The notes beneath the pieces are model-generated. The model saw only the letters and a list, made by a program, of their open reading frames with translations, did not search any database and was not told the DNA's origin. Both the position numbers and the translations under genes were made by a program. A DNA stretch of 58,127 bases, the filler included, from Dugesia japonica (lineage: Eukaryota): assembly GCA_001938525.1 (NCBI GenBank). It is 4 parts of 4 records of this genome, joined end to end, with 100 filler letters (N's around TTAATTAATTAA, not from the genome) between each part and the next. Parts side by side here need not be neighbours in the genome. Positions count along the whole stretch, not along the records: positions 32,357 to 42,060 come from MQRL01616490.1; positions 42,161 to 58,127 come from MQRL01606284.1; 2 more parts are not named here. One strand, given 5' to 3'. Of the stretch, positions 39,392 to 51,929 are shown in pieces; position 1 is the stretch's first letter; every line of letters starts with the position of its first letter.

Positions 39392-42060
39392 CAGCGGCGT
39401 AGCCAAAGGTGGGGGGGTTAGGGGGTTAAACCCCCCTTGGCGTATGAAAAAAATTTCATTTTTTGATGCGACTTAGATATTCTAAACTTAATATTCGAAT
39501 ATTTGATATTTGAATATATTTGTGTGTTAATTGACTATTTGATATTCGAATATTTTTGAACGATACTAAATTATACATTGTAAAAATTATATCAAAGTTA
39601 GCTTTGAAAAAAGTTTCAAAGAATTGCATTTTGAATTTTCGTAATGTTTTTTTTGTGACATTATTTTAGTTGGCTTTTGAAAAACAGTTTCAATAAGTAA
39701 TTGTTATTGTCATTAAAAATTTTAATGATTAAAATAAATCGTAATCAATTGTTACATTAATTTTTTTTGGATATTTCTTATATTTGAAAGGTAAATTAAA
39801 GTTTGTTAGATTATCTACATATTTAGATTTTTAACCATGTCAAAAAATTACGAGGTGTAAAAGTTTTTTAAGAACGACGAAAAAAAATTGGCGAAACCAT
39901 ATGTGGCACCTGTAAAGCGAACGTAAGGTGTATGAGTTAAACCACTCCTATGATTAATCATTCGAAGTTACGACACAACATATTTATATCTAAATCGGTT
40001 TTCAAGGGAAAATTATAAAGAAAATAATGTTCCGCAGAAAAAGCCAAAAATTGAAACAAGTACTATTTTGAACTTTGTAAATAAACAGTCTTTAAATGAA
40101 ATATTGTCAAGAGTCCCAGGAGTTGATGGTATGTCAATCCAAGCAATAAGCAAATCCGATGCAATAGCTGGATACGTGCAGCAAAAGGGTTATAAAATGA
40201 CAAAAAGTCCAACAACTATTTTAAAATGCATCACCAGCTTTTATAAAGAAAAATGTATTGAATTGCGAAATAAATTTGAAAAGTTTAAAAAAGCAAATTG
40301 TAAATTTCCTATTACTGTGGATGAATGGACAGATTGCACCATCTTACGTTATGTAAACGTAACAGTTCATGTAGTTGAAATGGAATCAAATAAAGTTGAA
40401 TGCTATTTACTGAGTTCAACAGAAATAGTTAAGCAGTGAAATGAAGAAACTATTAAACATTCATTTGAAGCTAAGCTAATAAACTTTGAAATTTCTTTAA
40501 AAAGTGATGTTATTGCACCAACTAACGACGCAGCAGCTGTAATCAAAAAATACGGAAAAATATTAGATGTTTTAAATCAGCTTTGTCATAATCATGCACT
40601 CCATTTGTCCGTAATGGACTGTTTTCATATACCAATAAATTCTACTCCTAATGAAGCTTTGGACTTTGACGATATCAAAAGTTTTGTTGATTATAAATTG
40701 AAGATGATGTAGAAGATTTCAGAGAAGATCTGTATTCGGATAACAATTTGGAGCTAGTTGAAGAAAATAAAGATTTTATGACATTGAGTATTGATTTTGG
40801 TCAAATTATTAACAGGTTAAGAGATGTTNNNNNNNNNNNNNNNNNNNNNNNNNNNNNNNNNNNNNNNNNNNNNNNNNNTTTATATGGACTTCTACTTACA
40901 TATAGTAATTTTAGGATAATTTCTTTCAAGTACGTCAAGAATACGTTAACTTCAACTGTTTTATTTTCGATAATAGTCACTATCAGCGGCGTAGCCAAAG
41001 GGGGGGTTAGGGGGTTAAACCCCCCTTTGCGTATGAAAAAAATTTAGATGTTTTAAATCAGCTTTGTCATAATCATGCACTCCATTTGTCTGTAATGGAC
41101 TGTTTTCATATACCAATAAATTCTACTCCTAATGAAGCTTTGGACTTTGACGATATCAAAAGTTTTGTTGATTATAAATTGAAGATGATGTAGAAGATTT
41201 CAGAGAAGATCTGTATTCGGATAACAATTTGGAGCTAGTTGAAGAAAATAAAGATTTTATGACATTGAGTATTGATTTTGGTCAAATTATTAACAGGTTA
41301 AGAGATGTTATAAGAATGTTTAATAAATCATCTTTAAAGCACTCTATTTTGCAACAAAATATAGTTACAAAAATGGGTAGGGAAAATGAAGTTAAGATTG
41401 GACATAAAAACAAGATGGAATTCTTTGATTTTAATAATTCCGTGATTTTTAATTTTACCAGAATGTGTCAATAAATCCTTAGTGGAATTGAATTTAGAAC
41501 CAATTTTAGACAATGATATTTTCGTTCTACAAAACATTGTTGATGCTCTTTCACCAATTGAAACTACCGTTAGTGAATTGAGCAAAAATGATGCAGATCT
41601 CATAAAAATTGAGGGAGTTTACAAATTTTTGTTTGAAAANNNNNNNNNNNNNNNNNNNNNNNNNNNNNNNNNNNNNNNNNNNNNNNNNNNNNNNNNNNNN
41701 NNNNNNNNNNNNNNNNNNNNNNNNNNNNNNNNNNNNNNNNNNNNNNNNNNNNNNNNNNNNNNNNNNNNNNNNNNNNNNNNNNNNNNNNNNNNNNNNNNNN
41801 NNNNNNNNNNNNNNNNNNNNNNNNNNNNNNNNNNNNNTTGAAGAAAGTAATAATGATAATTCCACGTCATCTTCAACTGATGATGTAATAGAATTATCAC
41901 CACAAGCTGGATTACGAAAAGAATTCCAAAATGCGATAAGTTTCATTACAGAAAAATTCATTGTTAATAATGAAACAAATAATAAGTATAATGAACTGGA
42001 AAAAGAATTTCGCCAATTGGATTTATTCAAAAAATGGGCGGCAACGCTGGATATCTTATA
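39392..42060 (+). mobile_element. hAT transposon, decayed, same family as 1-2320
   Basis: Left end CAGCGGCGTAGCCA. Motifs ITVDEWTD, TNDAAA, LCHNHALHL and KTRWNS. DNA-level similarity to 1-1400 starts at 39771. Confidence 0.88.
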
Positions 42061-42160
42061 NNNNNNNNNNNNNNNNNNNNNNNNNNNNNNNNNNNNNNNN
42101 NNNNTTAATTAATTAANNNNNNNNNNNNNNNNNNNNNNNNNNNNNNNNNNNNNNNNNNNN
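42061..42160. other. artificial scaffold linker
   Basis: N44-TTAATTAATTAA-N44. Confidence 0.95.
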
Positions 42161-43424
42161 TTCAATATTTCATAAATAATGATTCATTATGATTTATCCC
42201 AATAATCTTTACAAATTTCTATTTGCTATCATTAGTTAATTAAAACAATCATCACGAGTTTGTCAATAACTTGTTTGTCACATGCTTGTAGACAGGAATT
42301 GTCTACCAGAAAGTTAGTCATATCCAGATGAGTGGCAATATATAATTAATTAATANNNNNNNNNNNNNNNNNNNNNNNNNNNNNNNNNNNNNNNNNNNNN
42401 GTTCAGTAACTTCTTTGAATTGTTTAATATATCTTTATCCGGTTTACTTTCAAATTATCTTTAAAATAATTGAGAAAAATATGAAATATTCTAAAGAAAT
42501 TGAAAGTTTTAAATGTTTACATTTCATTTTATCTTTAACTATAATTATAAGAAATAAACAAATCAAAATGAAAATGTATGTTGTCAGCCACAAATCAACT
42601 AATTTATTAAATAAATCAGAATATTCAATATCTTGTGCAGATTCATTATTTAAATATTTAATTAAATTTTAATTTTAAAGTTTTAAAATGAAATTTTAAA
42701 AATTAGTTTAGACCTTTTAAAAGATTAAATATTTATATATTTATTTATTAATTTCTTAGAATAATTATTATTTTTAATTAACATTTAAAATGACTTGAAT
42801 TAAATTAAATTTAATTTATTTAATTATTTATATTTATTAATGTATTCAAAAATAATTTTATAATAAATATTTATATTATTATATCAAATATTATTTATAC
42901 ATTTTAGGAAATAAATAAATTATCTCAATTATTTCAATGTAAATATTTTGTTTATATTTGTAAAATGATCATCAGAATTTATTAATTATTATTAATTTGT
43001 ACCATAATATTGGTTCNTATCTAGATTTTTCTTGTTTTTTAAATTCAAATTTTATATTTATATTCGATTTTTNTTATTTCATTTGAAGGCNCCCAAAAGA
43101 GTCACGCGATATATCTGTGTCACAGTTTGAGTGCGCGCTTTGTAATATTATTAAATTACAAAGTTTATCTAAAGGATACAAAATAAAACAAACAATGTAA
43201 ATCAAAAATAAAATTTCCAGACAACCTAAAAAAAGCATAATGGAACAGAGACATACAATTTTTAAAGAATATGTACAATTTTATATGACAACTTTAATAT
43301 TTTTGAGTAGATATATAGAATGGGGTCTGCACGACACACATTTGGTTCTCACCCGTGATGTAATGAAACGTGATCCTAATGCATTTAGTTAGCAATTTAA
43401 AAATTGCATCATTAGGTAATATTA

Positions 43425-43900
43425 CTTAATTTGGGGGCGATTTTTCCCTTGGTATTTAGTTGTGAAAATTTTTTACACACAAATGATGCCAAAAGATTAT
43501 TTTAATCAGTGAAATTTTATGTAATAGGATAAATTGGGGTGATTTTTCTCTGTGTATTTAGTTGGGAAAATTCGGGGAGGTCGATTGAAGTCAATTTTTG
43601 ACTGGTTTAGGTGAAATTAGTCTAATTTTCCTCGGGATTGGTTTTTTTGGGTAATTTTTTGGTGATTCGGTCAATTATTTACATGGTTTAGGCCATATTA
43701 GTCTAATCTTCCCTCGGGATCGGTCAGTATAGGTCATTTATTTCCTCGGATTGGTTAATTTGGGATGAACTTTTACGGAAATTCATGGAAAAGTCGAATT
43801 TGTTTAAATTTTAAAGTTTTTTAAAATTATTTTAAACTTTTGTGGTAAATTGGTGAAATTAGATCAATTTTGTTTAAAGTTTCAGGTTTTTAAAATTTTT
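43425..43900. repeat. degenerate short direct-repeat array
   Basis: ttgggg.gatttttc....gtatttagttg.gaaaatt twice; ttagtctaat.tt.cctcgggat.gg two to three times; aatttgttaaa-like units. Confidence 0.6.
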
Positions 43901-44408
43901 AAATCAAATTTTTATGGGAATCTGGGAGAACATCTGAAATTTTGAAAACTTTTAAAAAATGTTTTGCCGAGATTTTTACATTAATCGATGCTAAATTCTA
44001 TGTAGGTTATTTTTCACAAATAAAAATTTTTTGAAAAAATTGTTTCTCATTTTACATGAAATAACTATGTCTATTAGATAGAAAATGTTCCGCTGATTCT
44101 AAATATATAAACCTAAAATCGTTAAAGTTTATTCGAAATGAAAGAAATAGGGTTTTGTAGTGAAAAATTGCAAATTGGTGAATTTTTGTGCTCAATTTTC
44201 TCTGTGTACAAAACTCGTATGGTTTTAAGTTTGATATTATTTTACTCAGGAAGAAAATGTTACTATGCAAGGTTAAAATATCATCTCGGTAAAAATACTT
44301 TCAAACATAGATATTTAGCTATTCTTTTCGAAAACTGAAAAACTATCTAAAGATAAGGTATCTATTCATTAAAAGAGATACCGTTTGAATATCCCCAAGA
44401 GACTGAAA

Positions 44409-47400
44409 AATGAGATGAGACGAGTAAAGGGGAGAAACGGTTTAAAGATTCCTAAAAAGAGAAAATTTCAATGATGCGGAAGTTAACAAAGCTAAAGTGA
44501 TAGGAATAATTGAAGAGAAACATAATGTGGACATTTCGTATGATAAAATGCAAAGGAGACCCAGCATTTCAGTGATGATCAAGTGTGAACAGTTTGATTG
44601 TTTNTTGGATATAGGAGCAAGAACAAATGTNATAAGCATGAAAGACTCGGAGAAATAATGTTTGAGAAAAGCGAGGAACGATTGCATTGTGCGAATAACA
44701 TCTCATTGGAGACATTTGAAAAGATACTTTTGAAAGTTGTAGTTTCAGAGGTGTGCAAGGAAGAAGCATTTATAATAGTAGATAAATTAATACCATATCT
44801 AATTGGTGGAGTGGAATTTCAAAATACTTTAGCATATCATCTTCAAAAAACGTGCAGAGTAGACATCAATAATCATCGAGAAAAATTTGTTTGCAATATC
44901 GAGGCAAAATTTGGAAGGCAGATACAGACGAGTGAACAATTGAGTCATGCTATGGAGATTCTAAAAATAAACAAAGATCATAGATTGACTACGATTATTC
45001 AGAATAATGATGATGTATTTATGGCGGATAAATGGGACATTGAATGCACTCACTTAACAAATCATCGAATAATCACTAAAAGAGATCCAATCCACATAAA
45101 ACCGTATCGTCAACCAATGAATCTAGACGAGAAGATTGAAGAGGTCATCAAGAATCTATATGATAATAATATCATTTGGAAGTGTAATTCGCAATGAAAT
45201 ACGCCATTATTCTGTGTTTAAAAAAAGGAAAAAAGGAAATACAATTGTGCCTAGACTTTATACAGCTCAATGAAATAACAGAAAGACAAGCTTTTTCTAT
45301 GCCAAATGTGGATGCTAGATGCTTTGGAAGTTACGCAGTATTTTAGCTCAATAGACTTGAGAAATGCATACTACCAAGGGAAACTCAGTGAAGATTGTCA
45401 AGAAAAGACGGCTTTTTCGACTAAACAAGAGCAGATTTGTTTCAATAGAATGCCTTCTGGAATTGCAACAGCACCAGGTACGTTCCAGGAAATGACGAAT
45501 AAAGTAATCAGAAAAATAAAAGGATCGATTGTTTATCTAGATAATATTCTCATATTTACCAAAAGAAAAGAGCAATACTATGAAATAATCAATAAAGTAT
45601 TAACAGAAATTACGAAGGCAGGTTTAAGAGTTAATCTGGAGAAATGTCAATTCATGCGTAATGAGATAAAATTTCTGGGACACGTTATTTGTAAAGAAGG
45701 TGTCAAAACGGATCTAATTAAATTAGAAGCAATTAAGAACTTTGGTAAACCAAAATGCGTTAAGAAAATGAAAAGCTTTTTAGGAATTTGCAATTACTAT
45801 AGCAAGTTTATTAACGATTATTCGAAAAAATCTAGATTGCTGGAACAACTGTGTAGTGGGCCAAGTAACAAGAAAATTGAATGGATAAATGAATTAGAAG
45901 ACATTTTTAATGGAATGAAAGAAGCATTAATAATGTATCCAATATTATGTTTTCCAGATATACATATAGGATTTATTTTGGACACGGATGCGAGTTTCGA
46001 TACGATTGAGACAAGGCTATCTCAAAATGCCAACAATCGGCAAGAAAAAATAATTGCATATGGGTCACACGCAATGACGAGTCATGAGAGAGGATATTGT
46101 ACTACACGGAAAACATTGATAGCAATTTACCACTCTTGTATTCATTTCAAACATTACTTATATGGGAAGAGATTTATCCTCAGAACTGACCACAAAGCCG
46201 CCATTTTTATGCTAAATACCAAGAAGTGGATTTCATCACAGTTTCAAACATGAATTAATTATTTGAGCGGTTTTGATAAAAAATTGCAATATAGAAAGAA
46301 TCGTTTCATATAAATGCGAATATGTTGTCAAGGAGTAAATGCGATACATGTGCACAATGTTTCATGTCACATGACGATCCCAAAAGTGGAAAATGAAAAA
46401 CAAGGATGTTAAATACAGTATATATTCAAGAAAAACCAATCAATTTTGGTGAGAAGGATGAAGGGACATGGATACCTGATATTAAAGTATAAAAGGTTAT
46501 ATTGAGAATACACCATCTTTTTTGTCATGCTGGAGCAGAAAAAGTAGCAGCGTATGTGAAGCATAAAGATAACTTGTTAACATTTGTGGATCAAAGTACA
46601 AGAGGTTGTTTGATGCTCTATAACATGCCAGAAAGCTAAAGTGTTAACAACAAAATCGAAGAAAGAAACAAAAAAAACGCAGCCAGACAAAATGTTTGAA
46701 CTGTTATTTATAGATGTGTGTGGACCACTGCCGGAGACAAGAGGTCGGAAAAAATATGTTCTCGNTATAATAGACCAATGCATTAAGTATGTAGCCTTCA
46801 TAGCAATAACAAGAAAAGATGAAGATACCATACGGCAAGCAATATTGGAGAAGTGGATATTAAAGTTCGGGTGTCCGAGAGTAATTCAAGTGGATTGTAG
46901 AAGAGCATTTGAGTCAAAATCAATGAAAGATTTTGAGGCGGAACATGAAATCATCCTCATGAAATCAAAACACAAATAGGTAAATCGAGAGACAGTTTAG
47001 AACTATCTTGGATCTGATTAATGCAACACTTAAAAAAGGAAAACCTCAGATTGGTTTGATGTATTGCCATAGATAGAATTTACCTTGAATGCTACAAAAC
47101 AGAAGATCATCGGGAATATCCCTGTTGAAATCGTATTTGAAAAGAGAATAAGCAGTAAAAAATGGTACAAAACTAATTCTTAAAAAGAGCACAAAGATCA
47201 AGATAAAGAGATATTGAACAAAAGACAATTAAAGGTTGGGGATGAAGTCCTAGTGAAAGTTGAAACAAGAGCCAAGATCGTTATGAAGGACCCTATAGGA
47301 TCAAGAGGAACGTTCATGACAGACGCTACATTCTAAAAATACAAACGGAAAAATTTTTGAAAGAAACGTAGAGAAGATCAGAAAATTTCTTAAAAAGAAG

Positions 47401-47698
47401 GATATAAGACAGTTTTTTAAAAAACATATTTAAATTTTTTATTTTTGAAAACGGAATTCGTTAAAATTAAAAGTATTTTTAAAATTGTATGAAGAAAATA
47501 ATTTTTAAAATAAATTACTAAAATTTAAGGATTTTAAAAATATAAAATTAAATGAATAAAATAAATGTTTATTGTAGTGTATGAATTTTTAAATTTGTTT
47601 GTTTAAAAAATTAATGATGTTATATATTTATTTTAAAAAATTTATGGAGTTGAATTCTTATGTTAATGATTCGAAGGGTTTTCCAAACTCATCTAACA
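44409..47698 (+). mobile_element. Gypsy retrotransposon pol (PR-RT-RNaseH-INT) pseudogene with PPT and 3' LTR
   Basis: LDIGA, KPYRQP, IDLRNAYYQ, KTAFST, VYLDNILIF, FLGH, LDTDAS, TDHK and DVCGP in Gypsy order. PPT AAAAAGAAGGA. LTR 47403-47698 ends in CTAACA. Confidence 0.93.
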
Positions 47699-47700
47699 TT

Positions 47701-47707
47701 AATAATA

Positions 47708-47767
<60 letters not shown>
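47701..47767. repeat. (AAT)n microsatellite
   Basis: Trinucleotide run directly after the LTR, continuing into a gap. Confidence 0.95.
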
Positions 47768-47965
47768 NNNNNNNNNNNNNNNNNNNNNNNNNNNNNNNNN
47801 NNNNNNNNNNNNNNNNNNNNNNNNNNNNNNNNNNNNNNNNNNNNNNNNNNNNNNNNNNNNNNNNNNNNNNNNNNNNNNNNNNNNNNNNNNNNNNNNNNNN
47901 NNNNNNNNNNNNNNNNNNNNNNNNNNNNNNNNNNNNNNNNNNNNNNNNNNNNNNNNNNNNNNNNN

Positions 47966-48590
47966 TTATTAATTAATAATCTCATCTAATAGAAATTGAG
48001 TTATCTGAATATTAATATTGAAATTCTAGTATTTTATTGAAATTCTAGTATCTTATGAAACATGTGTTGTAATAGTAAAATAAATAATGTCTTAAAATAT
48101 TAATAGTGATTTCCAAAATGAATTACCAATCAAAGCCTTACCTAACATGGTGGCAGCGGTAAATATCGATTTTATTACACAGAGGTTACTGTCAAAGACG
48201 TTCTGCAGAGGAAATGATATTAAGAAATTCATCAAACTGATGCGAAGTGAATTTTGAAGCTAAACAATCACCAATGTGAAACAAGATGAAAGGTTAGTCT
48301 CTCGTTTGCTAGAAAATAGTTTATTGGAAGATTATGCAAAGACGTTGAAAAACGTTGAAGGTTTCCAGCCTCGTTAACGTATGGCATTTGAGAAAAAGAA
48401 AGATGTTATCAAAGACTTTCAAAATTTAATTAACTACAGGCGTGGAAATGAAGACATTCAAGTTTATTTTAGAAATGTAAAAGATTTAGTGGAAAGATTA
48501 TTTACAAATAAAGCTTTTTCAAAGGAAAAAATGGTAGCAAATATGCTAGTATATTGTCCAGATAACAAAAATTTGAAGAAGTGACTTTGT
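47966..48590 (+). mobile_element. Gypsy 5' LTR end, tRNA-Leu PBS (48148-48160) and gag 5' fragment
   Basis: CTAACA|TGGTGGCAGCGGT is complementary to the metazoan tRNA-Leu 3' end ACCGCTGCCA-CCA. Frame MVAAVNIDFITQRLL.. Confidence 0.85.
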
Positions 48591-48599
48591 GCAAACGAG

Positions 48600-48831
48600 A
48601 GAATATAGTAAAAATTGGGTTGCTTTTTTTCGTGGTTTTTATTTTGATTCTTATGGATTAAAACCTTTTCAAGAAATTGAAAAACATCTAAATGTTTATA
48701 ACAAAATTCAAGTTCAACCTTTTAGAACTAGTATTTGTGGAATTTTGTGTTTATATTTTTTATACACAATAAATTTCAAAGTTTTTGATAAAATTATTAA
48801 TGAATTATATGATACTTTTAATGATTTGTAA
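48600..48831 (+). pseudogene. Polinton adenain-like cysteine protease fragment
   Basis: NWVAF..YFDSYGL..Q...SICGILCLYFL matches the HW..YFDSFG..Q..CG.yC pattern. Confidence 0.7.
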
Positions 48832-51800
48832 AGACAAATTATATATTACCCTTATAGGAAATAAATGAATCTTTGTGGAGAAACTTTAAATAGTCAAAAT
48901 AATACAGAAGTATTAATTAAAATCAATTAAAATTAAAGAAGTTAAGTTTGAAGTGGATATTTTAAAAAAACTTTAAAATCAAATTTATGAACAACAGAAA
49001 ATAATTAATAAATTAAAAAAATTAATTTGTGCACGCATGCAAAATTGTTTTTATATTTTAGATTTGTAAACCTGTGCATGCATGCACATTTTTAATTTTA
49101 ATTTGGAAACCTACACAGACTTTTTATATTTAGATTATTAATTTTTATTTTTAAGTTGTGACATGCGTGTCACTTTACTTTTATATTAAATTACAATTTA
49201 ATTTTCGTTCTAATTTATCTAATCTTAAATACTGTTGGGGATTCCACCTGAGTTGGGTGGAGAAAAACATTGCTGGGGAAAAACAGCCCTCAGGGAACCC
49301 TTTCAAGAATTTAACCTAACGCCCCTAAGTTAGGCATTCAGCATATAGTGGTTGACCACTCGCTTAATGTAAGGTGCAGGCCCATATGCCTTTGAATTTG
49401 GGTTCGCTATTTTCCCTATTATCCCGAATTTATCAAATGTTAGAATGAGTCAAACAATGAAAACTTTATTTTATCTAATAATTCCATAAGATGCAATGCA
49501 CCCGGGTCTAACCACTGGATCGGATCAGTCGTTAAAAAATTGAACGACGTTGAATCGTCACTATCACCCATTGGACTCATGTAGGGTTTCCTAATTAACG
49601 GGAGAGGTCTGCAATATATTGTTTTAGGAAATCAATTTTCCGTTGTAACAATTATTTTGACTCGTCCGCGAGTGCTTTGGTCTAAATCGCCAGGTCGTTC
49701 CTTTTCTTTATAATTTGATTGAGCTTTTTAATCAGTGTATCGCGTTGTTCCATCTTGCGTTTCAGATGCCGTTCAACTAATAGGCGGCGTAGTATGCGAT
49801 GTCATCTTCGCAGACTGTTCTGAAAATTAATGCGTGGCACTGAAATAAAATACATTGTTAAGTTATTTCTGTAAAAATAGTCAAAACATAATCAAGTGAG
49901 TAATTCAAAAAGAACACTGTAGTTATGACAAGACATTTATTTGTAAATTTACAAGTATCAAAGACGCGAGGTCTGACTACCCTTGTCGACCATTAACGGT
50001 TCGAGGGGCATGGCAGCCTTTAACCTATGGATATCCTGTACCAATTTATTCTCACGGTCTTGGTAAGACCGGATCATCTCGGTAAAAGATTCTAACTGAG
50101 CCTTCCAGACTCTTTCTTGCTTATGAGACGCCTCGGCGATTGCTACATCCGCTTCCCAGTGACGTTCTGCTAGTTTGTATACATCCCAGGTCATATCAAG
50201 ATCTTCACTAGTCTCGCGGACTTTCTTGGTGGGGGGAACTGGGCGGTTCAGAGAGGAGTGCACTAAAATATTAAAGGTTAATGACAAGTATTACCATTGA
50301 TATTACGGAAGAACTCAAAACCTTTTTTTAGTTTCAGTGACAGAAACTCAAAAATTCCTACGATAACGATAACAGAAACTTTCNNNNNNNNNNNNNNNNA
50401 AACAGAACTAAGCAAATTATTACTAACTAGAGACACGTATTTATTTTTAAAATTAAACATCAAATAATGAAAACACTATTAGTTAGTAGTTGTGTAAGTG
50501 ATAGGAACGGTGTTTTCGGAATCCTCAACCCCAGTGGGTTACCTAACACCCAATAATAAATTCGTGATAAAAGCTTGCACCCGGGGGTGGGGCCGGAGGT
50601 TGGTAAGTAAAAGGTGTGGCATGGTTACGCACTGGTCCATTCCATTGTTGAAAATTCAACCTCTCTCCAAGGTTCTGAATGCGAGCTACTGCAGCTTCAA
50701 CAGGAGGCAGATTCGATTGATCCACCAAGATACCTGCATCTCGGTTATGTGGATTATGGTGGCGCTTGAAAATTATGCGGCGAGTTCTTCGATCGACCAC
50801 CCGTTCACATATGGATTCCATTTTTTCAATAACTTCCAAAATTCTGCAATGGGTTCTCGATAAAATTTTGCTGCTAGATAATTTATTGTGGACACTGACG
50901 GAGAGAGATTTGAAAATTTGGATTCCTTTTTAAGGTTTGATTATTATGATAGGTTCTCCTTTCCAAGAGTATTTTCTTTAATACTGATGAATAATTTTTC
51001 CGGTTACTAAATACGTGAATTACTTAATCTAATAATCAGATAAAATATTTTTGTTTTTCGCTCTAAGTCAAAGGGGTTTAAATACCATTTTACCAGACAT
51101 CCCGGCTTATTTGGCATTGGCCAGTTATTTTTATTTTCAGCTTCTGGCTTCTTATTGGCGTTGGTGCCAATTTTTAGAACTTTTTCCATATGTTTAGACA
51201 TTTCATTGGTGCCTATTTTTGGAATGGCACATGTTGATCATGTCTTTGTTTTATTTATATTTTCAGGTTGTTTATTGGTTCGTTTTTTGGAATCCTGCGG
51301 TGCTCTTCTGGATCATGGTAAGGTTTTTTATCAGTAAAATACCGATGGACAATCCTAAATCCCTCTGAAATTTTCTTACGCCGAGCTCCTCTGATTTTTT
51401 GGAGCAAAGATATTTGGGAAAAACGAATTTTGGTTTCATTTTAGTTTATTTTTTAAACTTAATTAATTAATATCATTTTTTGAAATTAACAAATTTTGTT
51501 GATAATTTTCTTGCTTCTTTAATAATGCTTTAGTAATTTCTTTTAATTGATGTAATTCGGGNNNNTTGAGTTTGATTACCCGAGCTCTTCATCTTCAACT
51601 TCTTATTAACTTCAAAAATTATCAATTTAATCTTCGCTTCTGCCTGATCTTTACCTTTGGATTTCCTTCTGTTCCAATTGGTTTTGCCGTGCTTTGTATC
51701 TATTGTTATTATTCTTTACTCTTCTTCAATCCCTTGTGATTCATGACCACCTGGTCCTACTTTGTCCGTAATTGGATGTTTCACCCCAACAATACCATTG

Positions 51801-51929
51801 ATTACAAACTTCACATTTAAATTTATTTCCATGTGGCAAAGTTATTATTCCATTGTCTTCGATTTATCTTTTATCATTATAACCAGTTTAAGCGATTTTC
51901 TTTTGTTCTATTAATTCTATTTCATGTTT

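Noticed and set aside
48148-48160. tRNA-Leu-like sequence
   Set aside because: Only the 13-nt complement of the tRNA 3' end including CCA, so a PBS rather than a tRNA gene.
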